Both the position numbers and the translations under genes were made by a program. A DNA stretch of 63,952 nt, counting the filler, from Octopus bimaculoides (taxonomy: Eukaryota): the NCBI RefSeq assembly GCF_001194135.2. It is 5 parts of 5 records of this genome, joined end to end, with 100 filler letters (N's around TTAATTAATTAA, not from the genome) between each part and the next. Parts side by side here need not be neighbours in the genome. Positions count along the whole stretch, not along the records: positions 10,339 to 34,422 come from NC_069003.1; 4 more parts are not named here. One strand, written 5' to 3'. The stretch's first letter is position 1. Each line of letters begins with the position of its first letter. Below the pieces are notes generated by a model. That model was not told where the DNA came from, made no database searches, and saw nothing but the letters and a program-made list of their open reading frames with translations. Positions 12,549 through 26,080 of the stretch are shown in pieces.

Positions 12549-13769
12549 TCACATTTACCACATAAGTATATATCGATATAAAGTAACTGAGGATTTTCTA
12601 AACTAATAGTCATAAAAATATATATTATTGTGGATAAAAATTGTCTACTACAACATATACTTTACCTGTTTGTTTATCTTGAAACATTACGTTAATATTG
12701 TGGACAAAACAACTCTGAAAAATTCCTTTTGCTTCCCAGAAATATTACTAACATATGAGTGCATAATCATGAATGTGTACTCGTTTATGCAGTTACCCGA
12801 TCGGCTAGAAATTGAAGCAAGTTACTGTCAGAAGAAATGATAAATCCCAATGATGAATGATGAAAAGAGAACTCTGACTCTATGAAGTGCAACTATATAA
12901 AACGTTGTACATTAAAAATGTGTATTCATATAAGTTTAATGGAATAAGAGGGAATTTTGTTTTCTTCCTGCGCGATGAAAACGATTATTTATGAAATATA
13001 ATTCATTCATTATAGTCCACAATATTTCAGAATTTTCGATTAATTTTATAACGAAACGATCAATATTCAGTTTGTTAAATTAAATGTGTCTAGATATTTT
13101 AATTTTTAATATAATTTATTGTTTATGATATATAAATTTTAAAACAGTATACGTTTCAAGATATTGTACGACCATATGCAAGCTATATGTACATTCATAT
13201 CATAATATATCTATTATCTATTCCTCCATATTGCTTATGCACTTTGTAGCAGCACATTTTATTCAGAGACATAAAAATAATGAAATCTAATATCAGGAAA
13301 GATAATTGTTGTCATATATTTATACGAAACCAAGATCTTTTTCTATTATGTCAATATTTATTCACTACATTGAAAATAATTCAAATTCTAGTAGTCTCCT
13401 CATATAAGAAAATCATATGTATTCATTTTGTAATCTTGAATGCTTATAGAAAAATATACTTTTTTTTAAATACTAATATAAACTTTATGAAATGAACATA
13501 AGAAGGAATAATTTTACGTGCAATCATTTCATGCAAAGTCAAGAATCTACTTGGATTCATAACATTTTCTACTCACTTTAATTGAAAATACTCTTTGTTC
13601 GAGCATATTTTATTCAACAAATGACCAAATACGAGTAAAGCAAAATAGCTCGCAGTGAAGCGGCAAGTTTTCAGCAACACAAAGAGACAAGGAACGAAAC
13701 ATAAATACACGAGGATGAGAGCAAACTTCTAAAGAGAATGCGTTGGGGTTTAAATTGCTACGCAACATA

Positions 13770-14090
13770 TACGAGATGTATTCCAAAGGTATTGGGTCCT
13801 TTCAGTAGAAGCAGTTATAACTCTCCTGAATCACTGTAATTTTCATGTCATTACTAGACATCTAATAAGCTGACCTGTCAACTTTTGTTATTCCAGATTG
13901 AAGGAATGCTTGTAAGAGCACTTTGAACACCCTCTACTAAACATAACTCTTCACAGCTAACTAGTTTGCAGATTACAGCTGGAACGTTTGGAAGCTCGCC
14001 ATTCAATAAAGCTTTGTGGTAAGCTGAGAGAAAAAAACTCTACAGAAACTTATGAAACGCTCCATTTATGTATTCACATGTTCTCTAACA
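13770..14090 (+). mobile_element. Mariner 5' fragment (ITR plus transposase N-terminal HTH)
   Basis: TA|CGAGATGTATTCCAAAGGTATTG is an ITR-like start. ERLEARHSIKLCGKLREKNSTETYETL resembles the mariner IKFCVKLGKSATET segment. Confidence 0.62.
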
Positions 14091-14326
14091 CAAGAGGTTC
14101 AAGGATGGAAGAGAGGAAATGAGAAACGATAATATGTATGGGACGTAGAGCGATATCATAACATGACAGATGGTTGAGAAAATTCAAAATTTGAATGTTA
14201 TCTGCCTCCTCCAGTCTTCACACACGGATAAGTACATGTTGTTATCGGGAGAGTTGTCGAGTCAACACACGTAATAATATTACTGGACCAAATAGTTAGA
14301 TTATGCTTGTTTGAATCGGTTTGAAT

Positions 14327-14700
14327 TTTGTTTCTCTCATTTGACTACGGCCATACTTGTGCACTGCTTTGAAGAGTTTTAGTCGAACAAATGGACTCCA
14401 GGACTTATTGTTATTAAGCCTAGTACTTATTCTATCGCTTAATTTTATTGAAAGGCTAAGTTACGGGAACGTAAGCACAGTAACACCATTTGTCGAGCAG
14501 TGATGGGAAACAAACAGAGACACACATGCATAGAAGTATACAACGGGCTTCTTTCGGTTTCCGTCTACCAAATCCACTTACAAGGTTTTGGTCAGCCCGA
14601 TGCTATATAAGCTGACACTTGCCCCAGTTGCAACGCACCGGGGATGAACTTGAAACCATGTAGTTTTGACACAATCTTTTTAACACAATTTTGGCTAGCA
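14327..14700 (-). mobile_element. CORE-type tRNA SINE (octopus OR1/OR2-like)
   Basis: Colinear with the reverse complement of 37273-37670 (GGCAAGTGTC..GTGGATTTGGTAGACGGAAAC..AATAAGTACTAGGC). Confidence 0.8.
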
Positions 14701-15346
14701 ACGTAGTTTATGAAAATATCATCTAATTAAATGATGTAGAATTTTCTCTTTGGCATTTCATTGTCATATGTCTGAAGAAAGGTAAAATGTATTCAAATTA
14801 GTGGGAACCAAAATTCTAGGGAGAGTGAGAAAATAAAAATAAAACATAACTACCATAAAAATATATTTTGACTTAATTAAAATAAAATTTGAAAGGAATA
14901 ATATACAAGGTAAACAGCGAAATATTTATCTGACAGCCCCATCGAATATACTGAGATTGCAGAGTATGAAACAAAAAATTTCAAAAATGAAAGCTTTTAG
15001 TTAAATAATTATAGCGATTATTAAGCCACCGCTGGGAAAATCTAAATTTCAATAATTTACCAATTAGAAAGCATGTGACATAACATGTACTTTTCTGAAA
15101 ATGAAAATCATTCTGTTAAAAGTTTCTCATTCTTTCAAAGACTCTTTGCATTAAAACAGAATACATGTTATCAAAAATGAAGCATATTGAATGGCCAAAA
15201 AATTTCAATTCAAACTTTCTCCTCTAAGCCACCAGGAAAGCAACGGGTTTCGAAATAATTAGAATTTAGAAACAAAACGAAAATTGTATGCACTTTAAAA
15301 TTAACTAGAATCATAAAACCTTCACGAGAATAATAGTAAATTTCAA

Positions 15347-15400
15347 AAGGCGGCGAGCTGGCAAGAACATTAGCACTCCGGGCGAACTACTTACCGTTAT
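15347..15400 (+). mobile_element. OK-type SINE 5' head only
   Basis: AAGGCGGCGAGCTGGCAAGAACATTAGCACTCCGGGCGAA, after which homology is lost. Confidence 0.7.
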
Positions 15401-16881
15401 AACGGCTCCGTGAATTATTGTGAATTATTGTGAAAACTGCTGTGTTACTCTGCGAAAACTGTGTGAATTACTGTAAGTTGTCTCTGTGAACGTTTAGTTG
15501 TGGCCATTGCGCTTGTCATTTGGCCGCATAAGTATACAGATAATTAATGACTTTCTAGTCGTGAAGATGCTTTCTATTTTTTAATTTTTTTTATCTAAAA
15601 CAATATTGTCTTTCTTCTTCCGTTTTTAGCATGGTGTGATGCTTTGGCTGTTATTTCTATTAGGATTACCGACCAACTTGCAAGAAATGATATACCTTCT
15701 TTTGAACTGAATCTCTCCAGATTATTCCTGGTTATAGTGCCTATTCCATCAGATCAATAAAGTAATCAACAGACAAATCTCATTCGTAATTATCGCGTCT
15801 ACAAAAAGAATATCGGCTGTAATTTCCTAAATATCTGACACACTATATTGTTCAAAATAATTCACGCGTAAAGATAGATTTGTGTCTCAGGATATGAGGA
15901 AGGATGAAAAGATTATTTGCGAAGGAAATTAGGAACTGGAGATATAATGGTGTGTAGAGCGTATGTAATAGGAAATGACGTCTAGGAACATCTGGAATTA
16001 AATATATCTAGAAATACAGCACAATAGTTTAATATAGAATCATTGACTTGCAACGGACACTTTAAATATGGTAGCATAGACATGACATCTATTGCAGAAA
16101 CTTTCTTGCGTGGATATGTAATTAAATATTTATCAACTACGTAGTCTGTAGGCTTAAGTAGGTGGTTTCTGTGGACGCTTTAGACAACTCAACGCTTGTC
16201 AGTGAAGGTTTAGTGGACGCAAGCTGTGTGGAGAGCCACCGAAAGAAATGTCCTTTCTTGGCGACAGATTTAATCCCTTATCTGCTTCCATATTCCCACA
16301 TCGTCTGCAAGAGTATTTAGCGATGTTCGCTCAATTGGCAAGTTTCTGGTGAATGAGTAACATCCACACTTCATCCTAAAAATCATAGGGACTGGACAAG
16401 AATCGAAGCTGCTGCTCTTCTTCTCTAAGTTACTAGAAAGATTTAAACAAAATAATTAACACCCAGGTAACATAAATATATCCGCAAACAAGATTTCCAC
16501 TCCATCAAGAGTATTTCAATATATGCCACAAGGTGTGGCTGTAAGTATATATAACACCCAGATGAGTTATATATTAAAAAATTACGTGAGGAAAGATCTA
16601 TTAGTGAACTTGTTAACTGGAGATTGATTACCTCTACCCGTCATTGTATTAATGGTAAAGATTATGCTAAAACGGTAATGCCAAGTTATAACTTTGTTTA
16701 CAAGTAAATGTCATTCTCTCAAATGTTATGTAATTGAACTTTACTTTAATTTTTCCAATTATTTATTACGAAAATGTCAGTTATTTTAATACTAACGATA
16801 ACTTATAACGTATATCGCAAAAACAAAACCTTTGATTTTTTTTATTATCATTATCCTCATCATCATCAGGATCAATATTTA

Positions 16882-16898
16882 TATTATTATTATTATTA

Positions 16899-16953
<55 letters not shown>

Positions 16954-16982
16954 CATTATTATTATTATTATTATCATTATTA

Positions 16983-17031
<49 letters not shown>

Positions 17032-17052
17032 CATTATTATTATTATTATTAT
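16882..17052. repeat. (ATT)n microsatellite with ATC interruptions, running into a gap
   Basis: Read directly; source of the spurious poly-Y and poly-I ORFs. Confidence 0.95.
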
Positions 17053-18469
17053 NNNNNNNNNNNNNNNNNNNNNNNNNNNNNNNNNNNNNNNNNNNNNNNN
17101 NNNNNNNNNNNNNNNNNNNNNNNNNNNNNNNNNNNNNNNNNNNNNNNNNNNNNNNNNNNNNNNNNNNNNNNNNNNNNNNNNNNNNNNNNNNNNNNNNNNN
17201 NNNNNNNNNNNNNNNNNNNNNNNNNNNNNNNNNNNNNNNNNNNNNNNNNNNNNNNNNNNNNNNNNNNNNNNNNNNNNNNNNNNNNNNNNNNNNNNNNNNN
17301 NNNNNNNNNNNNNNNNNNNNNNNNNNNNNNNNNNNNNNNNNNNNNNNNNNNNNNNNNNNNNNNNNNNNNNNNNNNNNNNNNNNNNNNNNNNNNNNNNNNN
17401 NNNNNNNNNNNNNNNNNNNNNNNNNNNNNNNNNNNNNNNNNNNNNNNNNNNNNNNNNNNNNNNNNNNNNNNNNNNNNNNTATCCCTCGGAAAAATCATCT
17501 AAAGGTGTTTTTTTCTTTTTAATATTGTTATTGTTTTTGTTGAATGAAATTTTATTGAAATAAAAGCCGCAATAATTGATTGATATTTCATGTTACTGAT
17601 AACGAAAGAATAAATGACAAAATCTCACATTGGTGGGATTTGAAATCAAAATGAGAAAAATGTAAAGTATTGGAAAAAGTACTACAAAGCATTTTCCCGA
17701 TACTTTAAGATTCTTCCCAGCACGTGTTATGCTCGAGCTCGTTCACTCCAACGCAAAGTATGTATTAGAGAAAGTAAGCAAGAGAGTCGATAGTTGTTAA
17801 ATGCCTCATCTCGATCAGATTATTATTTTGAAATTTATTCTTAGCATACTAATGTAAATGACTTGATCATGAGTTTAATATCTTGAAGCACACATTAATG
17901 TATTTCTTTTAAATGGGTTGATGGATGATAATGGAATTAAGACGACGAATATATTCCTGATATTACATAGCTACTCATTAAATACCAATTGTCACTTGCG
18001 GTGGGAATAAAAGCAAACAACACACGCTTCCAACACTACTCTTTACGGTCATTTAGAAATGTAATTCCATCGACAATTCCACTGCCAAGATTAAAGTGGA
18101 ATTTACTAAATTGCTCTAATAAATGAAATATTACTTTGTTTAGACTGTGATGCAAACAAATGAGAGTTGGTGGTTGAAGCACAAGTAATTTCTATGCTAA
18201 TAATGATGGTTTCTTTCTAATAAAAGTGCTAAATTGTAATTTCGTGCACGAAGTAGTTGGGGAATAAATTTGACTGAAGATTTCACTTAAAAAGTGGTCA
18301 ATCATTCTCTTATTTTTTGAATGAGTTTACTCTTGATCAGATGAAATGAAGCGATTACGTGAAAATCAAACAAGCAATTTGTGTACATAATCCAAACAAG
18401 TCTCTTTTCTGAAATAAATAAGTAATGTAACTAATTATAATCTTGATTATCCTCAAAATATGGTTTCAT

Positions 18470-18674
18470 ATTTTGGAACAAAGCCAGCAATTTCGGAGAT
18501 TGAGTAAGTTGATTACATCGACCCCAGTGCTCGACTAGTTCTTATTTTATCGACTCCCAAAAGATAAAGGCAAAGGCAACCTCGGTGGTATTTGGACACA
18601 AAAAGTAAAAAGGAACACGAAATGCCGCTAAACATTTTGCCCAGCGTTCCAACGATTTTGCCAGCTCACCGCCC
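18470..18674 (-). mobile_element. OK-type SINE (alternative 3' tail)
   Basis: Reverse complement is colinear with 31991-32202. Confidence 0.8.
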
Positions 18675-19473
18675 GATGTGTATCTTCTAAATTACCAAAA
18701 AACATATCAACATTTATCAATCATAAGTACATGATATAATGTATATTAAATACGACTTAAGCGCATTGTCTTACAGAGTGTAGATTTGAGTTTCACCTAA
18801 TGTATAGTATTCCTTGAATTTCTGCAGAGATGTGTTGAAAACCAAAAGCCTTCGTTTCATAACAGAAATTAGAGTGTGCTATTTTGTTGACTATATTCAG
18901 TTAATTACTGTAGATAGATTTTTCTTCATTCAATCTTCCAAGAAGTTTAAATACAGGTCAGCATTATTCTATGCTAAACTGTATAAAATCAGTGTATAAA
19001 ATTATCGGTAATTGTTTCTACGACTTCAGCCACTACGGTCAATACAGTATTTTGCTGATGTTCTAACAATGAATGATCTTGAAATACACAACAAATAAAC
19101 GATGATTAACTTGATAAGGATATAATCATGACATAAATATGAAGAAAATATAAATAGCAAACCTTCTTTAATTTTGAAAATGCATTTTTATGGTTTCAAA
19201 ATTGTTGTACGATAATAACTTAAAGTTTCTCTTCCTAATCTAAAAGAAACCGTGTTAATATGACCTAGATATTTAAAAGAACTGTAATGATGAGTTTATA
19301 TAAAGTAAGGTAATTTCTAAGCTGTTTACAAATCCATTTTGCCGCTGGCATAAATTAAAACGAAATAGACGTATTCAGTAGATCTAATTGCAATTTCTGA
19401 AAATAATGTCCCCCAACAGCAAGAATAATAAGGAGAAATACTAGTGATAGAACTACAGCAATAATATTAGTTC

Positions 19474-19668
19474 CGAATTTTGGTACAAGGCCAGTAATTT
19501 AAAGGGAGGTAAAAAATCGATCACATCGACCCCAGTGCTCAACTGGTACCTATTTTATCAACCCGGAAAAGTTGAAAGTCAGTGTCGACCTAGGAGGAAT
19601 TTGAATTCAGAACGTAATGACGGATGAACTACCGCTAAGAATTTTGCCCATCGCATTAACGACTCTTG
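19474..19668 (-). mobile_element. OK-type SINE (alternative 3' tail)
   Basis: ATCGACCCCAGTGCTCAACTGGTACC..GTCGACCTAGGAGGAATTTGAATTCAGAACGTA. Confidence 0.8.
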
Positions 19669-19825
19669 CGAGAGTATCTGGAGTGTTTCATGTCTCCACA
19701 GCCTCTTTGACTGCTCCAACGGTAGTCTACCAACATGTGTGTGTTCCATCAGCCTTGATGTTTCTCCTTCATTATCTTGATTGCTTGATGCAAATGCTCG
19801 CCAAGCTCATCGCTCACGTCTCCAA
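19669..19825 (-). mobile_element. DNA transposase C-terminal fragment, probably Chapaev (CMC) type
   Basis: Minus translation GDVSDELGEHLHQAIKIMKEKHQG*WNTHMLVDYRW matches the recalled motif GAVSDEQGERFHQDIKxMExRYQGRWxxxMxADYCW. Confidence 0.55.
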
Positions 19826-19830
19826 AATTA

Positions 19831-20010
19831 TTGGGTTGGTGCATAATTATTGCGGCTTGTTTTCAACAAATTTCATTCAGCAAAAACAATAACATGTAAC
19901 AAAAACATATTTAAATGATTATTCCGGAGCATAATCTCCATCTACTTCAATTATTGGTTCTCATTTGCTTAGCAGACGGTCAGACCGTCATTCAAAGATG
20001 TTTTTTTTCT
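19831..20010 (-). mobile_element. Mariner 3' end (transposase C-terminus plus ITR)
   Basis: TA|TTGGGTTGGTGCATAATTATTGCGGC is an Hsmar1-like ITR at 19831. The minus frame reads DRLLSK*EPIIEVDGDYAPE*. Confidence 0.75.
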
Positions 20011-20239
20011 TTTACACAAGGCCTGGAACTTTTCAGCACTCCCTTGTATATTCATAGAGACAGAGACAAGTTTGAGAAAGTATGTTATGTGGGGGAGAGT
20101 GGTAGCAACAAAGACAAACGTCAGACAACTGGAGCTAAATATAAACTAATAATTTCATTTCGTAGTTAGTAACGTATATAACAGGAGAGAGTCAAAGGGT
20201 GTTAATATGAAAGATATACTTTCATATAGAGACAAAATA

Positions 20240-21620
20240 TAGCTAGAATATGTAATATCAGCTGTACAAGAACAATGTCTGACCAAACTAAAGTAACTAA
20301 ACAAGACCTTCATATCAACTGCAGACTTTACAAACAGTATTGTAATTAATAGAACGCCATATTGTCTCCTACGTTCAAAGATACAGTATTTCCGCAAGTA
20401 TTCATATATGAGTAAATTTATACACTGTCAATATATCGAAACTTCCGAATGACAACGGATGATAAGAAAAGTTTAGGAAGAAATATTAGAGACAGACTAA
20501 ACAAACAATTAAAACAAAAGCTAAACATAATAATAAGTCACAACACTAAAGCTTTAGCAGTGATAATATATTTAGTTAAAATATTCTCAAATGGAAACTA
20601 AATGAGTTAGCCAGACCAGACAAAAGATTATTGATAAATACCTCTAGAATATACAAGTCAAAATCTGAAACGTAAGTATTAAGTTTACCTGTATTGAACG
20701 TAGGGGTCGTCTGCTGCTAGAAACATTGACGATAATTACAATAAGATATCTAACGAACAGTAAGGGGAATAAATAGGAATTACTGTAAAAGATGAGCAAA
20801 GCGTTATGTTGATCTTTCTTGTCAATAAATAAAACTAAGAAATATAGAATTGAGACTGATGTAAGACATAGCTCTGATGAATATGAGGACACAAAAATTA
20901 GTACTATTTAAAATGTTTAAAATAACAAGCTGAATATCTTATTACAAGTTGTCATATTAATGCATTGACAAGTCAATCTCCTTTATGTCAAATATCTCAC
21001 GAGAGCGAACAAAAAGTAAATGAAAACTGAGAAATGTATGTATGTACGTATGTATTAATGTATGTGTGTGTTTATGTATACGTGCCGATTTGAATGTTTT
21101 GTTTTATGTATATCTTCCCAAGGATATAGTTGCATATTAAGACATGCTCTTATATACTTAAATGATAAACTTCTGGAGTGTTTGGAAAGTATGTATGTAT
21201 ATATGTATGTACGTATATGTTTGTATGTATATGTATTTGTGAACGTATGTGTATATATATATATATATATACATATATATACATATACATACATTCTGTA
21301 GAAATATACCCCGACATCTCGAAGAATGACAAAATGACAATATATCCGTGATATGCCAGTTCATACAGGAAAAAATTAGAGCAAACCGACGAGTTATAAT
21401 TATCATAAAATGCAAGGAAAATAAATACTTGCTAATGAGTAAATCCATCTGCATGAGCAACAATATTTGCCTAACACAAATGAGGATTTTTTCCAAATAT
21501 AAAGAACTGAAAATAAATATAACAAGGATACCAGGATTAAAAACGGAAACATTGTTCTTAATGGCGTTGCCTTGGAAATAATAGCAAAAGATAATAAATG
21601 AACACTGGAATTACACAAAA
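20240..21620 (+). mobile_element. Degenerate RLE-type (R4/Dong-like) non-LTR retrotransposon fragments, split by a microsatellite
   Basis: ISAVQEQCLT and CRLYKQY (zinc-knuckle region), WKLNELARPDKRLL..ERRGRLLLE (RT C-terminus), and KIRANRRVIII..SKYKELKINITRIPGLKTET (restriction-like endonuclease). Confidence 0.6.
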
Positions 21621-22773
21621 CATACACGAGAAAGAAATTATATGTCGTTGTACATATATTACAGAGATTAAAATCTCATGCGTTTGGCATTGGGTACTGC
21701 AAACGTATTGCACTGTCTCCTGTGTATGCAATAGGTCATTCAAAGGCAAAACAAATCATGGTATGTTCTAAAGCTACACTGACGTGTCATTGGTCTTGTA
21801 CTGAATAAAAATATATATTAAACTATGACCACTGAAAGGATCCTAACAAACACTTGATAATGTATCATATTTTGCCGCAATGCTATCATCGATTTGATCC
21901 ATTCAAAAACATAACTGGTAGTTACTTTATCAACTATAAAATTAGATTTGTTTAAAGTATGCGAAGGTCACCTTGAAATAAACGAAACCTATTCAAGTCA
22001 ATGAAAAGGGTAAAAGAATTAGAAATGCTGTAAACTCACAAGTACATGTACAAGAATGATATATCAAAAAGGAATATTACGTTTAAACATGAAGGAAAAT
22101 AATACGACTGCTTATTAATGGCACATAAAATTCGCGATTAAAGGAGGGAACACAGCTGAAAATAAGATTGGAGTTGTCAATATTGCATACGGAATGAGAA
22201 ATACAATAAAAGAAAACATTCAGAAAGAGATAATGACTGTATATCATATAAGCTAACTCACGTTATTGGAGAGATGTGTGTTCATGAATGTGAATGAAGA
22301 TAAAAGAGATTCCGTTAAGTTAACTATAGTCGTTGGCTTAATTGGTTCAGACATCATGTCACGGTTACTGGGTTCTGAGTTCGAATGCACAACGCAGAAG
22401 ATACGGCAACAACCATTATACTGTCACCTTTTTTGATAACGATATGAGAGTGGAGTTTTGCAGAGAGAGAAATTGCTTACCTTGAAATAATAAAGGTTAA
22501 CTTGATTAATGTGCATAAAGTGCAAAATATTTTATATCCTTTTGTAGATTAGGTAGGCATAACTCGCCCCTGCTTTTCAATCTCAGTATTTAAGCTACGC
22601 ATAGTGCTCCTGTAGTACACGTCCTGCCTCCATTCCTACAACACCGTTTTCTTTACGTGCTATAAAGGCAGAAGTAAATCTGCGTTCAACTCATGTGTGT
22701 CGCTTATTTTTTGTGTGTTTTACTACATAAAGTGCGCCAACTGTGCACTCTGAATAATTACTGACGACACGTG

Positions 22774-22824
<51 letters not shown>

Positions 22825-23183
22825 NNNNNNNNNNNNNNNNNNNNNNNNNNNNNNNNNNNNNNNNNNNNNNNNNNNNNNNNNNNNNNNNNNNNNNNNNNNN
22901 NNNNNNNNNNNNNNNNNNNNNNNNNNNNNNNNNNNNNNNNNNNNNNNNNNNNNNNNNNNNNNNNNNNNNNNNNNNNNNNNNNNNNNNNNNNNNNNNNNNN
23001 NNNNNNNNNNNNNNNNNNNNNNNNNNNNNNNNNNNNNNNNNNNNNNNNNNNNNNNNNNNNNNNNNNNNNNNNNNNNNNNNNNNNNNNNNNNNNNNNNNNN
23101 NNNNNNNNNNNNNNNNNNNNNNNNNNNNNNNNNNNNNNNNNNNNNNNNNNNNNNNNNNNNNNNNNNNNNNNNNNNNNNNNNNN

Positions 23184-23215
<32 letters not shown>

Positions 23216-23235
23216 GTATTTATATATATATGAAA

Positions 23236-23283
23236 TTTTGACCACTAGGTGTCCGCAAAACCTAGTTTGGGAACTACTGCTCT
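23236..23283. mobile_element. Possible hAT-type MITE terminus
   Basis: Ends GTTTGGGAACTACTG, whose reverse complement CAGTAGTTCCCAAAC is a Charlie-like TIR. The partner end is not seen, possibly lost in the adjacent gap. Confidence 0.35.
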
Positions 23284-25114
23284 AGATTAATAAAAGTTTA
23301 AGCTTTCTAATTACTACATTGATTTATGTCCTTTTGATTGAATTTGTATCCTGTATTATGTTTAATTTAGGAAGATTCATTTATTCACAAATATAATCCA
23401 CTGTCCCCTAAAGTTTCATCTATTTAGTGTTACTGTTGTTGCTGTTGTTGTTGCTGTTTAGCCTTCAAGTCTAATTTATGCGTCATACTGTGTTTAATTA
23501 ATTCCGTGGCGTATAAAGCATAAAATTAGCAAATTAATTTAGGTTAGCCATTAAGTAATACCTTATATCTTCGTTGAATTATTTAGCCACATGATATGCG
23601 ATCGTATTGGTTGAAGAAGGAAAATTTTATGTCTCCTCTGAGAAGGTAATTGCGAAATTGTCCGTAAGGAGACTACTTTATATTTCTCCCTTCGTTGAAA
23701 GAATTTAAAGAAGGTTTCATTCTTATAATTAATTCTTATAATTCCCAATCAAGGTTATGGCCTTCGAATATTCAATTATGAGATTACGCTACCTCTAAAT
23801 ACATATATTTACATAATATATATATATTTAAAAGAATAACCAGGAAAAAACAAATAGTTTTCATATGTGATTTTATGGTAAATAAAACAGAAAATATAGA
23901 ATGGTGTCTTATGGGCAACCGTCAAAGCTGCAGCAGAAGCAGTCCAACCTGCTACTATTAAGAAATTGACAGATTCCATGGCTAATATGATTTTTAAAGT
24001 ATACCGTCGAAATGGTGCTCATGTGGCTGAATAACTCATTATGCAAATAAATGTTATAACATTATTTTGGTTTTCTGTTGAATATATACTAAATGTATGC
24101 TTAATATATGCTTATCATTACCCTTCATTTTCTGCAAAAATTGTTTGGGTGGGCTATTTTCATTCAAAAGCTATTAACGTGGTTCACCCATGAATTGAAA
24201 AATCTGAAATAAAAAAGAAAGAGCGAAACACAGACGAATGAAAACAGAACAATGGCGTTGCCATCGTGTGCATACCAGCTGGGAAACGTTGTATCAAAAT
24301 CCATTCGCAGAAAACCTTAAATTTCCCTCCTATGCTACTAACGTGGTTCTGGATGTATGCATATGTATATATATATCCGACATCAGTAACAACTTCAGAG
24401 GTTAGTTGACAGCGAATTCTGCAGAAAACAATTCGTGACAGAATTTATAATATAAATGTCAAATTAATGTCAGAGTTTTTAGGCTTTAGGTTTCATGATG
24501 GAGAAGCTTATAGAACGCAAATGTTCCCGCTTGGGAAATGACAGCCAGTGTTGCTGAATGGAATCCTTAAGTTTTATGGGATATACTCTGATTGGAAAAT
24601 TAATGATTGATGATAGGTAATACAAGGAAGATGAACATTTAATATAAAGTTATCATGAATGTTCGTCAGATGTACTAGAAAACATGTCTGAACAGAAAAT
24701 TACGGCACCAAAAGGGATAGATATTGGAATTAAATATGTAGTCCATAACAGAATGAGCGCATTGGAAGAAGATGTGTTATCTGATAAGGAATTAAGAAAG
24801 ACCAAATGTTGTTTTGGTACATGGAAGCAATAGCTATGAATTTTGTAAAGCTGAAGAAGGCTGTGATAGAGTTACAGAGCAGCATTGAAAGATTAGCGAA
24901 AGATACACGGTGGAAAATAATTAGTTACATGCATAAGAGATAGTTTTTGGTCAGAGATACAATAGAATAGAATAATTTTATATTAATAAATTGTGTTTAT
25001 TTTTACACGCAGTTAGTAAATAATAGTTTCCGTTCAGTGCGCCGAGAGTGATAAGGGGATGACAGAGTTACAGCGGAGAAGAAAGCATTGCAACGAGCTT
25101 CGCTTGTAAACAAA

Positions 25115-25200
25115 TAAGTGCCAGTTAAGTACTGGAGTCGCTGTAATCGTTTTATTCTCTCCTCCGAAATTGCTGGTCTTGTGCCAAAATTTCTATCCAA
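25115..25200 (+). mobile_element. OK-type SINE 3' fragment
   Basis: AAATAAGTGCCAGTTAAGTACTGGAGTCG..AAATTGCTGGTCTTGTGCCAAAATTT. Confidence 0.7.
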
Positions 25201-25917
25201 TATGTATGTATGTATATATGTACGTATATGCAGAGAAAAGAGATAGGTACTAAGACACAGACAGAGAAAGAATGATACAATTTGTAACTACGTAAGTAAC
25301 AGAAGTATGTTTGTACATTTATACACCTGAGCGAAACATCAATTTAAAGTTATGTATCGCTAGTGAAATGTGTAGAATTCAAAGTTTTATTCCTGATATA
25401 ATATATGCACCAGGTTTTAAAATGTTTCATATAGATGTTTTTCTAGAATATGAAAACCGATATGGAAATTCTATTTAAAGTGTCCTAAAGTATTTATTTC
25501 TAATATTATGAGACTGAAGGCCTGAGGGTCTCCGTTCTGCAGGAAACTAAAGTGTCCTTTTACGATATTTCTCTTTTTTTAAGTAAACAAATTTCATTAT
25601 ATAACTTCAGTTTTTCGTTTAAAATCTACCGTATCGATATGGAATATTTACAAGCAATCATATAGATATAAAAGCATTTCTTCTTTCTATTAAGACAATT
25701 ATATATCCATTAAAAGAAACCTGGTGTGTGACAAAAATTCTAAATTAAAACTGAACTCTCAGCAGGTATTGGTAAGCTATCAGGGATTCTACTAGAAAAT
25801 TGCAAAGTAGGAAATTATCCTAAACGGTGTTGTGCAGGTATTTTGTAAATCAATCACTATTTAAACATTCACCACTTTCAGATCGTCAGGCATTCTCTCA
25901 CTCACTCTCTCTCCCTT

Positions 25918-25960
<43 letters not shown>

Positions 25961-25961
25961 G

Positions 25962-25992
<31 letters not shown>

Positions 25993-26029
25993 CTCTCTGT
26001 TCATATATGTGTGTGCGCATGTATGTATG

Positions 26030-26080
<51 letters not shown>

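Noticed and set aside
24480-24930. Purine-rich, coding-looking stretch
   Set aside because: Multiple stops and no motif I can assign.
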